Source: Raja brachyura | Taxonomy: Eukaryota | Direction of reading: 5' to 3' | Assembly (NCBI GenBank): GCA_963514005.1 | Contig: OY740802.1 | Span: 18,166,001-18,230,000 of the forward strand | DNA: 64,000 nt | Shown here: piece by piece, positions 1-11,504 of the stretch | Numbering within the stretch: the first letter of the stretch is position 1 | Layout: the number at the start of each line of letters is the position of its first letter | The notes under the pieces: generated by a model | The model's database searches: none | Seen by the model: the letters and a program-made list of their open reading frames with translations, nothing else | Told to the model about the DNA's origin: nothing | Made by a program: the position numbers and the translations under genes

Positions 1-439
1 GCTTTTGAGCAGGTGTTATCATTTTTCTCTTTTCTTCACATATTTCCTCATGGCATATAAGGAGCCACATTCACCCCTTGGATCTATACGCATGCGCAGA
101 GCAATCCAATTCCTTGAGTAGTTATCCCTGTAACCAATTTGCCCCACATTCCCGTCAACTTTCTTCAGATTCTACTCACCTACACACTAGGGCAATTTGG
201 AGAGGCCTATTAGCCTACCAACCCACACATCTTTGGGATGTGGGAGGAAACCGAAGCATGTTTCCACTAGTGGGAGAGTAGAGGACTAGAGGTCATAGCG
301 TTAAAATTAGGGACATTCCTTTAGAGGGTGGTGAATCTGTGAAATTCTTTGCCACAGAAGGCTGTGGAGACCAAGTCAATGGATATTTTTAAAGCAGAGA
401 TAGATAGATTCTTGATTAGCTCAGGGGTTATGGGGAGAA

Positions 440-1282
440 TAGAACAGAATGCCATTTATTGTCATTCAAACAGACATGGTTCGAACGAAATTTCGTTCCT
501 GCAGTCATAACATCAAAAAAAAATCCAAGACACACAATTCACATAAACATCCATCACAGTGGATCTCCAAACACCTCCTCACTGTGATGGAAGGCAAAAG
601 TCTTGTCTCTTCCCTGTTCTTTATTCTTCTCCTGCGGTCTAACAGTCCAACTGCTGCATCGAGGCGACCAGGGCTCCCGATGTTAAAGCCCCCGGTGGGT
701 GATGGCAAGTCCCACGGCCGTTAAGGCCGCGCCGGGCAATGTAAGGCCCTGCTCCGGGTCTTGATGTTAAAGCCCCCGGCGGGCGATGGTAAGTCCCACA
801 GCCGTTAAAGCCATGCCGGACGATGTGAGGCCCTGCTCCGTGGCGTTTTTAACCCAGCGATTCTGGCGGGAGAAGTTGCCGTTGCGGGAACTCCGAAAAG
901 CAGTCTCCCACCAGGGACCTGCGAGCTCCCGATGTTACTGTTTGAAGCTCCAAAGTCGGGTCGCGGCCACATGCCACCACAGCTCTCTACGCTCCGAAGT
1001 CGGCCATCTCCGCGATGGTGAGTCCGCAGGCTCCACGACTGGAGCTCTCAGGTTGGTTCCGATTGGAGGCCACCGGCTCCACGATGTTAAGCCCAACGAC
1101 AACGGAGACCCAACAGGGAAAAGGTCGGGTCCCAGTACAGGGAAGAGATAAAAAAGTTTCCCCCACCCTCCCACATATACATATCTGAAAAATAAATACA
1201 AAAACATACATCTAATGGGACAAGAAAAAAGAAAAAATGGACGGACTGCAGTTGAGCCGCTGCCGCAAGGCGCCGTCACACC
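440..1282 (-). mobile_element. GC-rich non-autonomous retroposon with hairpin core and Rex1-like 3' tail
   Basis: Flanked by GAGAA direct repeat (435-439 and 1283-1287). Tail atttcgtt...aatgacaataaa. Hairpin at 550-591. Shares segments with 1337-1938 and 6022-6557. Confidence 0.7.
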
Positions 1283-1336
1283 GAGAAGGCAGGAGAATGG
1301 GGTCAGGAGGGAGAGATACAACAGCCATGATTGAAT

Positions 1337-1938
1337 TTTCCTTGGTTTGTTTTATTTGGGGGGGTGGGGTTTAGGGGAAACCTTTTTGCAATCTCTTACC
1401 TCGATGGAGATGCAATTCTTTTCCGTATCGTATCTCTGTCCCCACAGCGGCCTAACGTGGAGTTGGCAGCCTTTCCTGGAGACCAAGCCGCAGGAGTCTG
1501 CGGGACATTAACACTGCGGAGCTTGCGATCTCTTTGCCGGGGATCGAAGTTCCTGTGGACTTTAACACGCGAGGCCCGTGGTCTCTGGTAAGAAGAGGCT
1601 ACTCGGGAGCTTGATGCAGCGGAGAGAGTTTCAACCACCCCGACGCGAGAGTTTCGACCACCCCGACAGGAGCTCCAATTGTCGGCTGCGAGGAATTTGA
1701 TCGCCCAGACTGCAGATGGTTTGACTGCCCGACCAAGGGAAAATATGAGGAAGAAGAATGAGCTTTATTGCCTTCCACGACAGTGAGGAATGTGGGATCC
1801 ACTGTGGTGGATGTTTATGTTGACTTTTATGTGGTTGTGTCTTGTTGCGTTTCACTTAGTATGGCTGTATGGTAACTCACATTTCACTGTATGTTATGCT
1901 ACATGTAACAATAAACTGACCTTGACCTTGAAACCTTG
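1337..1938 (+). mobile_element. GC-rich non-autonomous retroposon of the same family with a different 3' tail
   Basis: Shared ggggaaac...atctctt...ggcctaac..gtggag block. Hairpin at 1775-1810. Tail atttcactgt...acatgtaacaataaa followed by (TGACCT)n. Confidence 0.65.
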
Positions 1939-2149
1939 AGTAGACTTGATGGGCTGAATGGACTAATTCTGCTCCTATCACTAATAGCATGGTCTGGAGG
2001 AAATGTGCAAATTCCACAAAGTCAGCACCAGAGACCAGACTTGATCTCAGGATTGAAAGTTGATGGGATTGCAGGGAACATTGGTTGCAGAGATAAATAT
2101 TTAAGGGATTAAATTGTGTTGGACCTGCAAAGAAATAATGATAATAAAG

Positions 2150-3020
2150 GAAACAGGCCAGGTCTTGACCCGAAACATCACCATTCCTTCTCTCCAGAGA
2201 TGCTGCCTGCTGCAATACTCCTCTACTTTGTGTCTATCATCGGTTTAAACCAGCATCTGCAGTTCTTTCCTACACACTGTGCTCATCTTACTGATGCCAT
2301 TCAAAAAATCATGACATCATTCATGGCAAAAATTCATACTTAGATCCTTCATAAATTATTTCATTTAAAATGCGTCTTCTGTTATGTGTACACCTAGCTT
2401 AACCTTTAGCGTCTTCCTGTAGATCTGCAATTAACACCAATAACCAATGGTGATTAACACATCCTGGTAATAAGAACCACTTTGTGATTAAGTAGGCTTC
2501 CACCGTGGCATTCTCAATGCATGAGTAAAAAAGAGAAAAACATTCATATTCCAATTGCAGAAAATGCAATTTATACAAAAAATCCAAAATCTTTTAAAAT
2601 ATAATAACCTAGTACAATTGAATGGAAATTCCAGCCAATTATTCAGCCTAGTTTCTCAGTTTCATAGAATTAATGCACATTAATAATTCCTATAATATTC
2701 ATCAGATCAACCACAACACTTGATAGAGTGTTACAAAATATCTTCATATATTAAAATGGAACCTTTACTTACCATCTACCTCTGCAATCAAACCCTTAAT
2801 GGAATCTATGAAGGGAAATAAATAGATCAGCATCAGGAATGCACGTGGTTGTACAATATTATAGCTTTTGGATGCAATGTACTGGAGTAACTGAAGAAGG
2901 AACGCATCCCTGAACGTCACCCATCCATCTTCTTGAGAAATGCTGCCTGATCTACTGAGTTACTCCAGCACTTTGTGTTCTTTTGTGTATTAACCAGCAT
3001 CTGCAGTTCTTTGTTTCTAC
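2150..3020 (+). mobile_element. Two Penelope-derived repeat fragments (about 2150-2275 and 2875-3020) flanking the 33-nt exon
   Basis: gacccgaaac.tcacc.attccttctctccagagatgctgcctg...aaaccagcatctgcagttc motif, repeated throughout the window. Confidence 0.65.
2773..2805 (-). CDS. Formin FH2 33-nt exon: (D)SIKGLIAEVD
   Basis: Acceptor tttcccttcatag, donor G|gtaagt. Phase 1 to 1, in frame with the previous exon. Fits the S...L..EV helix that follows in FH2 domains. Confidence 0.8.
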
Positions 3021-3254
3021 TTTGTAGCTTTTGGGATTTCAGCCCTTTTTTGGACTTTTACTAACTTTTTTTTGAACTTTGGGTTTCTACTAATTTATTG
3101 ATTTTTTTACTATAAATGATCTATGTATATTGTGATACATGCCTGTTAGGTTGCAGGCAAACAAGAATTTCATTGTTCCGTTGTCGCTACATTAAACACT
3201 CTTGAATCTTGCCTCTTTTCCACAGTGCTGCTAGTTTAGGAGATTGCCACTTAC

Positions 3255-3384
3255 CTCCAGGAACCTCTTCAAATTCTGTCAGCTCACGGGGAAAGTTTGT
3301 CAAGTCTGGTTCTAGCAACATGATCTGGTCCACAAGAGCATGAAGTAAGGTGAATGTCCTGTCTTTCCCTCGCAAGTCGACCAC
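3255..3384 (-). CDS. Formin FH2 exon: VVDLRGKDRTFTLLHALVDQIMLLEPDLTNFPRELTEFEEVPG
   Basis: Acceptor ttgtctgtag, donor G|gtaagt. 130 nt, phase 0 to 1. D.K/R...TLLH and F..EL FH2 motifs. Confidence 0.93.
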
Positions 3385-4618
3385 CTACAGACAATCATCA
3401 ATGAGACTGGTCAAGATTAGAGGATTGCTAAATACCTATCTTAATTTAATTTAATATAATTTAAATCTTTACAATGTTGGATTGTGCTTTCATTCCCACA
3501 CTAAGCTAATGTTTGAATGTTAGTATACAGATCTTTATAAAATAGTGGGTTGGCAGACAAACTATTTAAAATCTGCAATAAATTCCCTGCAAAATGTTTT
3601 CCATTTTCATTAAATAATTAGGGGGGGGGGGGGGGTGGGGGGGGGTGCTCCCTTTCCTGTATATGGTGACATCATCAACATCTTCAGAGAGATTTTGTTT
3701 GCCAAATTTCCAGCAAAATTATACATCAACTGTTTTTAAGCCATTCATGGTTTTAGTAGAGGTAGTGTCCGGACAAGGCATCATAAACACATTAATTTGT
3801 TGCACATTGCGGTAAAATAATTCCTACTTATGGATAGTGACAGTTGATTAAAGTTACAAAGTATCCATAAACAAGAAATAGTGACATAGTAAATTGCATC
3901 CATAATTGAAACTGTTTGGCTGACTACCTGCAATGACTCCCTTAAATGGATTTAAATATTTGTAATCATGTCCAACTAATACATTACTTTACAAGCTATG
4001 ACATTTATCAGCTTCTTCCTGCATGCTGGTTATGGGACATTAAAGACTTAAGTATTCCTGTGAAACCCATATTTCAACCTGCCGGCAGAATGATGTGCAC
4101 TCGAAAAGATCAATGCTCTACTCTTCAATCATTTTCATTTGTTTTAATGGGTGGGTCTCCCGCTCAGTAAGTGAATAGCAAACCTCTTATAAGATGACAC
4201 TAAAATAAACGGACAGAGTGAATGGATAAACCAGATCCAGCAGCTCTGAAAGGACTGAACTTGCCTACGATTGCAATGATTCTGAACTGTGCAAAGCTAT
4301 TTCTAGGTATCGAACAGTGAAGGTCAGCAAGAACCATGCAATGGAGAGTGAGCCAAGTGTCCTTGCAGATGAATTGGGATGTGCAGCAAACAAACATAAT
4401 ACTTCATTTTACTTCGGAGTCACGTGAGTGACTACGTGAAGAAGTCCCGCCAGGCGCATGTGCGTCATTACATCCGCGCATGTCGCACTGAACGGGCTGG
4501 AGGGCACAGCTCCACCAGCGGTAAGTAGAAAACTCACAGGTAAGTGGTTTTGAAGACTTTGCCTGTGAGTATTTAACTCCGTAAAGCTGGCTCAAGAAGT
4601 CAGTAGGAGTTGGTGGTA

Positions 4619-5838
4619 TGGAGCGGTCACGTAGGAGAGTTCGTTCTAAGCGTGGGTCCACGGATTCACTTAATCGTTTGGGTCGGGAGATGAGTGAGGC
4701 AACACCGGTTCCGATACCGGGTGCCGTTTTACCGACAGCAGTTTAATTAGAAAGTGAACTTTCCACGGCAGTTCCAGTTACTCAGGAGGCTGAGGCCATT
4801 GACAGCCATAGAAAGGCTAAAAAAAAATCTAATAGACCTGTGTTATCAGACGAGTCTGAAGAAGAAGAATGGACTCCCTTCCAGATAATAAAAGAATATG
4901 GGGGAGGATGCAGAATATGGAGAAGATGCTCCAAACTCTGATAAAACAAGGGGCTAAGGGCCCAGTGATTCCCCAGGCAGCTGTTCAACAAGGCCCATAT
5001 CAAGAGGAATACGTGGAATGTCAGCAAGGGGATTTCCTTCCAGTGCCTTGTTTATGACTGGAGGATGCCTCCCTAATATATGACTTGGGAGAAGCGGGAT
5101 GCAGCTGACCCTATGTCCCTGCTTATGTGCAAACACAAGAGCACAAGAGCCACGCTCCGGGTGTCCCGGATATTGCAATGAGTTTTGCTATTCCGGAGGA
5201 GACTGGTGAGGCAATGGACAAGTACTTTGCGAACAACGTTAGCTATTTAGTGTCTCACCAGCTCCAGCAAGCTATAATGCAAGAGACTACCAACAAGTAC
5301 AAAACACCTGTCAATTGTGCAGCATTGAAAGTGCCTACGGTGAACCCAGCTATTTGGGCACCCATGAGTCCTGCTATGAGAGGACAGGAGGTTCGTCATC
5401 AACACGTCCTCCAACTGGTGGCTGCAGCAATTACTGCATTTGGCACTATGGTCAAAGGGACCATGATAAAGCAAACACAAAATGACATGTTGGCTCTGTT
5501 ATGCAATGCATACTTTGAAGTTAATTGCATTAGGAAAATCGCCATCAGACCAAACATTTGCTGCATTGTGTAAGGCGACGAATATTCAAACGTTCTTGTT
5601 TGGAACGGACCTTGTCAAACAGATACAAGATATTGATGATGAGGTGAAAACAATTGGTTTCATGAAGCCAAATACTTCACGGCCACCTTTTCGCAAACCT
5701 GGGTTTGTGTTTCGAAGATCGGATCCAGGTGCTGGACCGAGCAGGGGGAGGTCAGTGGGGCAACGAGGTTACCCACCAAGACAAAGTGGCTTCTACCCCA
5801 ATGTGAGCAGACAGCAGGCTTTCAGGCCAACTGCAGAG
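4619..5838 (+). pseudogene. DIRS gag-like ORF (frameshifted, with stops)
   Basis: Y.TPVNC..LKVPTVNPAIW and LFG.DL motifs in ORFs 5127-5573 and 5482-6039. Homologous to 38678-39838. Confidence 0.75.
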
Positions 5839-6021
5839 GTACAGGGGACTTTTGTTAAACGTTCTGGTGCACAACCTCCTATTGGAGGTAGATTACAATT
5901 GTTTTACAATGAATGGTGCTGTATTACATGTGATATGTTTATACTAAATACTGTGTCAGGTTCTACCATTGAGTTTATCTCTGGGATCGATCCACCTCAG
6001 CAGCACAAACCAAATAAAATG

Positions 6022-6268
6022 AGGCCTGGCTCCCTCTGAGCTGCGGTGCTCCAGCGGCGGCCTGGCTTTCGGGAGCTGCGGTGCTCCAGCGGCAGCCTGG
6101 CTCCCTCTGAGCCGCGGTGCTCCAGCGGCGGCCTGGGTTTCGGGAGCTGCGGTGCTCCAGCGGTGGCCTGGCTTTCGGGAGCTGCGGTGCTCCAGCGGCG
6201 ACCTGGGTTTCGGGAGCTGCGGTGCTCCAGCGGCGGCTTGGGTTTCGGGAGCTGCGGTGCTCCAGCGA
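6022..6268. repeat. Minisatellite, about 7 units of 35-36 bp (GAGCTGCGGTGCTCCAGCGGCGGCCTGGGTTTCGG)
   Basis: Units start at 6038, 6073, 6109, 6144, 6179, 6214 and 6249. Confidence 0.9.
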
Positions 6269-6557
6269 CGTTCCGGCGGCGGGCCCTGTGGCGGCGTTCC
6301 GGCATCAGCGGTAGCGGCGGCCTGGATCCCCTCAGCGCAGAGGGAGAATAAGGAGGGGAGAAAGACAGAGACCCTAAGACTTTTGCCTTCCACCACAGTG
6401 AGGAGGTGTTTGGTGAACTCACTGTGGTGGATGTTAATTTTGTGTTTATTGTATGGTATTGTTATTTTTATATATGTATGACTGCAGGCACGAAATTTCG
6501 TTCAGACCGAAAGGTCTGAATGACAATAAAGGCATTCAATTCAATTCAATTCAATTC
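6022..6557 (+). mobile_element. 5'-truncated GC-rich retroposon inserted in DIRS pol
   Basis: Absent from DIRS copy 2. Hairpin at 6390-6430. Rex1-like tail followed by (ATTCA)n. Confidence 0.8.
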
Positions 6558-8275
6558 TGCTCCAGAAACTGAACAGGTTACTGAAGAGATTAAGAATTTG
6601 TGGAAAAAAGGAGTGATTGAAAAAGCCATTACTCACTCACAACAATTTTTGTCTAATATTTTCCCCAAACCTAAGAAAGATGGGGGTTGTAGAGTAATTT
6701 TGGATCTCACTAATTTAAATTGTTCAGTACTCATATAGACATTTCAAAATGGACACCTTCGTTACTGCAAAACAGCTGGTCTCACAAGGTTGTTATATGG
6801 CAACCATTGATTTGCAAGATGCGTATTATTCAGTACCAATTCATGCTCATAATCGCAAGTACTTGAAATTTAATTGGATGGGACAGCTGTGGCAATACAA
6901 AGTATTGCCTAATGGATTAAGCTCAGCACCTAGGCTATTTACTAAATTGCTTAAACCTGTGCTGGGGCTGTTAAGGGCTCGTAATCACATTGTAATGGCT
7001 TACTTAGATGATGTCTTAATTATCAGCAACACTGAAGAGTCAGCTGAGGAATCGGTTGCGGTAACCAAAAATGTGTTTGAATCATTAGGATTTTTGGTGC
7101 ATCCAACTAAGTCCAAATTACAGCCAACCCAAAATATTCAGTATTTGGGATTTCTTATTGATTCAGTTCATATGACAGTAACATTACCGACAGTCAAGGT
7201 TGTGGATATTGCTGAGGTCTGTACTTGTCTCACACAAAAGCTTAATCCCTCCTTCCGAGAAGTTGCTAAGGTCATTGGGAAATTGGTAGCAGCTTTCCCT
7301 GCAGTAAAGTTCGGGCCTTTGCATTGTCAGCATTTGCAAAGAGCAAGAGAACAAGCACTAAAAGAGCATGCAGGTCATTTTGATCGAGTTATGCAATTAC
7401 CAGCCACATCTCTAGCAGAGTTGCAGTGGTGGATTGTTAATGTCAGTCAAGCTACCAATAATATTTTGGTGCAGGAACCTTTAATGATTTTACAGACTGA
7501 TGTGAGTGCTCTCGGATGGGGGGCTATGGACATTGAGTCCAGTTGTGGAGGTAGATGGAATGAACACGAAAGTTTGATTCTTCACACAAGGAATAAATTA
7601 TTTGGAATTACTGGGGGCATTTTATGGGTTAAAGGCATATTGCTCCACAATAAATAATTTACACATTCAACTCCAGATTGATAACACTACGGCAGTGGCA
7701 TATATCAATCATATGGGAGGACCGAGATCAGTTTCATGTGACAGCATGGCTAATCTCATATGGCATTGGTGTATTTCAAGAAACATTTGGGTTTCGGCCA
7801 TCTATCTGCCAGGGGTAGACAATGCGGTGGCAGACCAAAGGTCACGAAAATGCAATGATAATATAGAATGGATGTTGAATTCTAAAGTTTTTCAAACAAT
7901 TGTCACTCGATTTGGATTGCCATATATTGATCTGTTTGCATCCAGACTGAATCACCAGTTGCCTAAATATGTTTCATGGGAACCAGATCCAGGAGCAGTA
8001 GCTGTCGATGATTTTTCATTACATTGGGGACAATCATTCTTTTATGCTTTCCCTCCATTTTGTCTGATTATGAAATGTTTAACCAAAATAGAACGTGACT
8101 CCACCACAGGCGTTTTGGTGGTCCCAGATTGGCCAACACAACCATGGTTCCCATTGGTACTCAGAATGATGACTCAGCCATTCATGACGATTCCCAGCTG
8201 CAGTAATTTGTTGGTGCATCCGGTTACAGGAGAAAGTCACCCATTACATGACCGTATCAATTTGTTGGTCTGCAG

Positions 8276-9253
8276 GTTCTGAACAGACCATTCCAAGGCC
8301 TTGGATTGTCGGACAGGACCATGGAGGTTATCACTGCAGCCTGGAGAAATAGTACTAAAAACAATATATGGTTCATATAAAGAAATGGGAGATGTTTTGT
8401 GTACAGTCAAATTTATCTTATCATACTGCAAGCATAAGTGATGTGTTGGAGTTCCTTGCTAAGTTGCATTTTGATGAGCATTTGAGTTATAGTGCTATTA
8501 ACAGTGCTAGGAGTGCTTTGTCCTCTTATTTAGGGCAGTCCGCAGGACAACAGCCTATCGGGGCTCATCCGTTAGTATCCCGATTTATGAGAGGAATTTT
8601 TAACAGGATACAGAAATCCTAAACCCAGGTATACAGAAATCTGGGATATCAGTATAGTTCTCACACTGCTTCGGCAATAGGCTCCAATTACGTTGTTGTC
8701 TATGCAGAGGTTAACTCTGAAAGTGGTTATGCTTATGGCGCTGGTTTCTGCACAACGTGTACAAACATTACAATTGTTACGAATAGATTGTATGCATTTG
8801 TCTGTAGATGACATTACTTTTTATGTCTATGATTTAATCAAACAAAGCAAGCCAGGTATGGCAGGAACCAAGGTGACGTTTAAAGCATATCCTGTTGACC
8901 AAATGTTATGTGTAGTTAAACACTTAAGACGATATCTTGAGTTAACAGGGAGTCTCAGGGGTGCTGAGACAGGACTGCTTATTAGTCATAAAAAGACATA
9001 TAAAAGAGTGTCAGTACAAACTATTTCTAGATGGTTGAAACAGGTTCTCAATTGTGCTGGAGTCGACACTCGTGTGTTTAAATCTCACTCCACCAGGGCG
9101 GCTTCCACATCCGCGGTGAAGGCTCAGGATGTGCCACTAAATCAAATCCTCGCGGCCGCAGGATGGTCTAGAGAATCAACTTTCTCACAGTTTTATGATA
9201 AACCTGTACAGGCAGTGCCACGGTTTGGGCAGGCTATTTTGGGTTCCGTTTAA
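8276..9253 (+). pseudogene. DIRS tyrosine recombinase (frameshifted, with stop)
   Basis: SAQRVQTL (catalytic Arg), HSTRAAS (H-x-x-R), GWS...F..FY (Trp/Tyr). SAM-like N-terminus YSAINSARSALS. Confidence 0.92.
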
Positions 9254-9454
9254 TTAATTTGTTTTGTTTATATCATTGTTTGTAATTTCCTCCTGGGATA
9301 GAGAGGTTATTACTGGGTTTTGTTATTATTGTTATTAAAAATAGTTATTGAATAATTTGAAGCAATGTTCAATATATTATTTGTTACTACTATATCAACC
9401 GAAGCATTTGTCGTATGGAGTGCATCTACGGCATGTAAACACAGAGCTTTGAAA

Positions 9455-9558
9455 TCTTCACGTAGTGACTCCGAAGTAAAATAGTAAGATTAAACGAGAA
9501 CTTACCAGTACGAAGTTTGATCCTTATTTTATGAGGAGTTACGCTGAGGGATTACGTG
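9455..9558 (+). repeat. DIRS internal complementary region (ICR), copy 1
   Basis: Reverse complement of the left-ITR start joined through aaaat to the reverse complement of the right-ITR end. Confidence 0.9.
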
Positions 9559-10489
9559 CCCTCCGCTCCCACCCTCATAATCTAAGAGATCATCTGGTGT
9601 TCTAGTCTTCTTAAAGCCTTACTATGTTACTTCGGCTATATGTGTTTTCTGTGTTTCCACGCCGTGTTTTGAAGTATGATGCGCATGCGCCTGGCGGGAC
9701 TTCTTCACGTAATCCCTCAACGTAACTCCTCATAAAATAAGGATCAAACTTCGAACTGGTAAGTTCTCATTTAATCTTACTATTTTAATTAGCTATTTTC
9801 CAACAAAACCTGCAAACGTGACAATATTATATGTTTCATTATTTAAAGAAATCCTTACTCAGTTCAGGAATAAATCATTAATGGTAATGTTAAACTGAGC
9901 ACAATGGTTTGCAACTGGAACCCAGTTGACTCTGCACAGCTCTGAGTCCAACAATGTGCTGAATGTCATTTCTGATTATGATCTATGGAGGTCTGTGGAA
10001 GAGTGCTTATGTTTGTGCTTACATCTCCATTCACAGTATCTACAACCCAAATAAATCCAAAATGTTGCAGGGAACTGATGCTGTCATCATTTGTTTTATG
10101 CCAACAATAAAATAAGACAAGTTTGTGATTTTTTTTAATCTACAGCAATTCTCTAACCAGCAAGAAACTTGAGGAATATTAGTCCAGCACACATCACTAT
10201 TTCCCAAAATTCAACTTCGTGTGAGACTGTGTTCACTCCCAAGTTAGGCTAGTGATGTTTCACACTAAAATATCCCAGGGCAGAGAATGTGTGGATCCGA
10301 CCCAATTCCAGTTATTGTTCAGACTTACTTTTGATTTGAATTGAAATTTCCACATGCCTTCGTTTTTGACATGAACATGGATGGTAAAGAGGGATATGGG
10401 CCAAACATAGGCAAATGAAACTAGTTCAGATAGACATCTTGGCCAGCGTGGATCAGTTGGATTGAATAGCAAGTTTCTCTGCTGGACAG

Positions 10490-11260
10490 CTTGACATTGC
10501 ATCCAACAATACACATCAACAATTACCATCTGGAAAATGTGGATCACTTTCCATGTCTTGGTCCATCTCCCTTCCAATGCAATGACATATCACTGACTCT
10601 GCTGTGCAAGGGGGGCTTTTGTCGGGCTTGGGAGTCATTGAGCACAATGACCTCCAAGCAAGAACTATGCTACTGGCCTACAATGCCATTATTCGTGATA
10701 CCCTCCTACATGGAGTTGAGACTTGGACCACCCATAACAGACACTTCAGAGCCCTCGAATCCTATCACCAGAGGGACCTCTAGAAGATCCATCAAATCAA
10801 TTGGGAAGACAGGTGCACTAACATCAGAGTGCTAGAAGAGGCTAACATTAATTAACATCACCACCATCATCATTGAACACCATCTCAGATGGACTGGCCA
10901 TGTTGTCAAGATGCCCAACTTTTATCTCCCAAAACAAATCCTCTACTGCCAACTACTGGCAGGAGAGCGATTCCCAGAAGAAGTACTACAAGGATAACAT
11001 CAAGATCAACAAAGTGTTAGATCAGCCCCACCAACTAGGATCTAGACCAGGATAGAGCAACATAGAGAATCAATGTTCACAAAGGAACTGTACTCCATGA
11101 AGAGTATTCCACAAGCACTAGCAAGTACCACTACCAAGAAGGCACAACCACATCCCATCACTAATACTACTTGTCCATGCCCACACTGAAATAAAGTCTG
11201 TGGCTCCATGATTGGCCTCTCCAGCCATCTCAAGTCCCACAAAAATTACTCATTAAGAGG
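10490..11260 (+). mobile_element. RTE-clade LINE 3' fragment (decayed)
   Basis: LENVDHFPCLG, LLHGVETWT, LRWTGHVVKM and a C-terminal CPH...IGLSSHLKSH motif, spread across frames. Confidence 0.75.
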
Positions 11261-11351
11261 ACGTTATCATGTAAGCATGATGACATCAATCCTACGACTC
11301 TATTATGCATCTTTTAAGTAGTGATTAGCATGGTAGTATCAGTTAGCTTAC

Positions 11352-11504
11352 TTTTGGAAGAGATGACAGGGAAAATCCTTTTGCCATTTCCTTGCCAGCA
11401 TTCTTGTTCAAGAAATTGCCTATTGCGAGAAGATAATGAAGCACCGAAGCAAACATTTTGCTGTTCTGCAACTGCGAACATGCCTTGACCTTCTGCTTTA
11501 TCAA
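11352..11504 (-). CDS. Formin FH2 exon: LIKQKVKACSQLQNSKMFASVLHYLLAIGNFLNKNAGKEMAKGFSLSSLPK
   Basis: Acceptor ttcctttgtttcag, donor AAA|gtaagc. 153 nt, phase 0 to 0. Contains the hallmark FH2 post motif LAIGNFLN...AKGF.LSSL.K. Confidence 0.95.

Larger units (their letters stand above)
256..1996 (+). mobile_element. CR1 LINE 3' end split into three pieces (about 256-439, 1283-1336, 1939-1996) by two insertions
   Basis: MFPLVGE.RTRGH C-terminal CR1 ORF2 motif. The 3' UTR continues across both insertions. Confidence 0.75.
5839..8282 (+). pseudogene. DIRS reverse transcriptase, RNase H and N6-adenine methyltransferase-like region, interrupted by an insertion at 6022-6557
   Basis: GGRL, IDLQDAYY, LPNGLSSAP and YLDD (RT). 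TDVS..GWG, ELL and DNTTAVAYIN (RNase H). DLFAS and YAFPPF (MTase). Confidence 0.92.
4406..9786 (+). mobile_element. DIRS-type tyrosine-recombinase retrotransposon, copy 1 (near full length, decayed)
   Basis: Left ITR from ATTTTacttcggagtcacgtg, right ITR about 9676-9786 inverted to it, ICR at 9455-9558. Domain order gag, RT, RNase H, methyltransferase, YR. Confidence 0.95.

Noticed and set aside
2404-2424. Possible next formin micro-exon (DLQEDAK, minus strand)
   Set aside because: The frame fits, but the acceptor lacks a pyrimidine tract and the donor (gttaag) is weak. Not supportable.
6022-6268. CRISPR-like array or repetitive ORFs on both strands
   Set aside because: There are no unique spacers or cas genes. 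It is a GC-rich 35-bp minisatellite inside a retroposon, and the ORFs arise from a lack of stop codons.
8693-9253. Phage integrase or bacterial contamination
   Set aside because: The tyrosine recombinase and MTase are standard DIRS components inside ITR/ICR-bounded elements in a spliceosomal intron.
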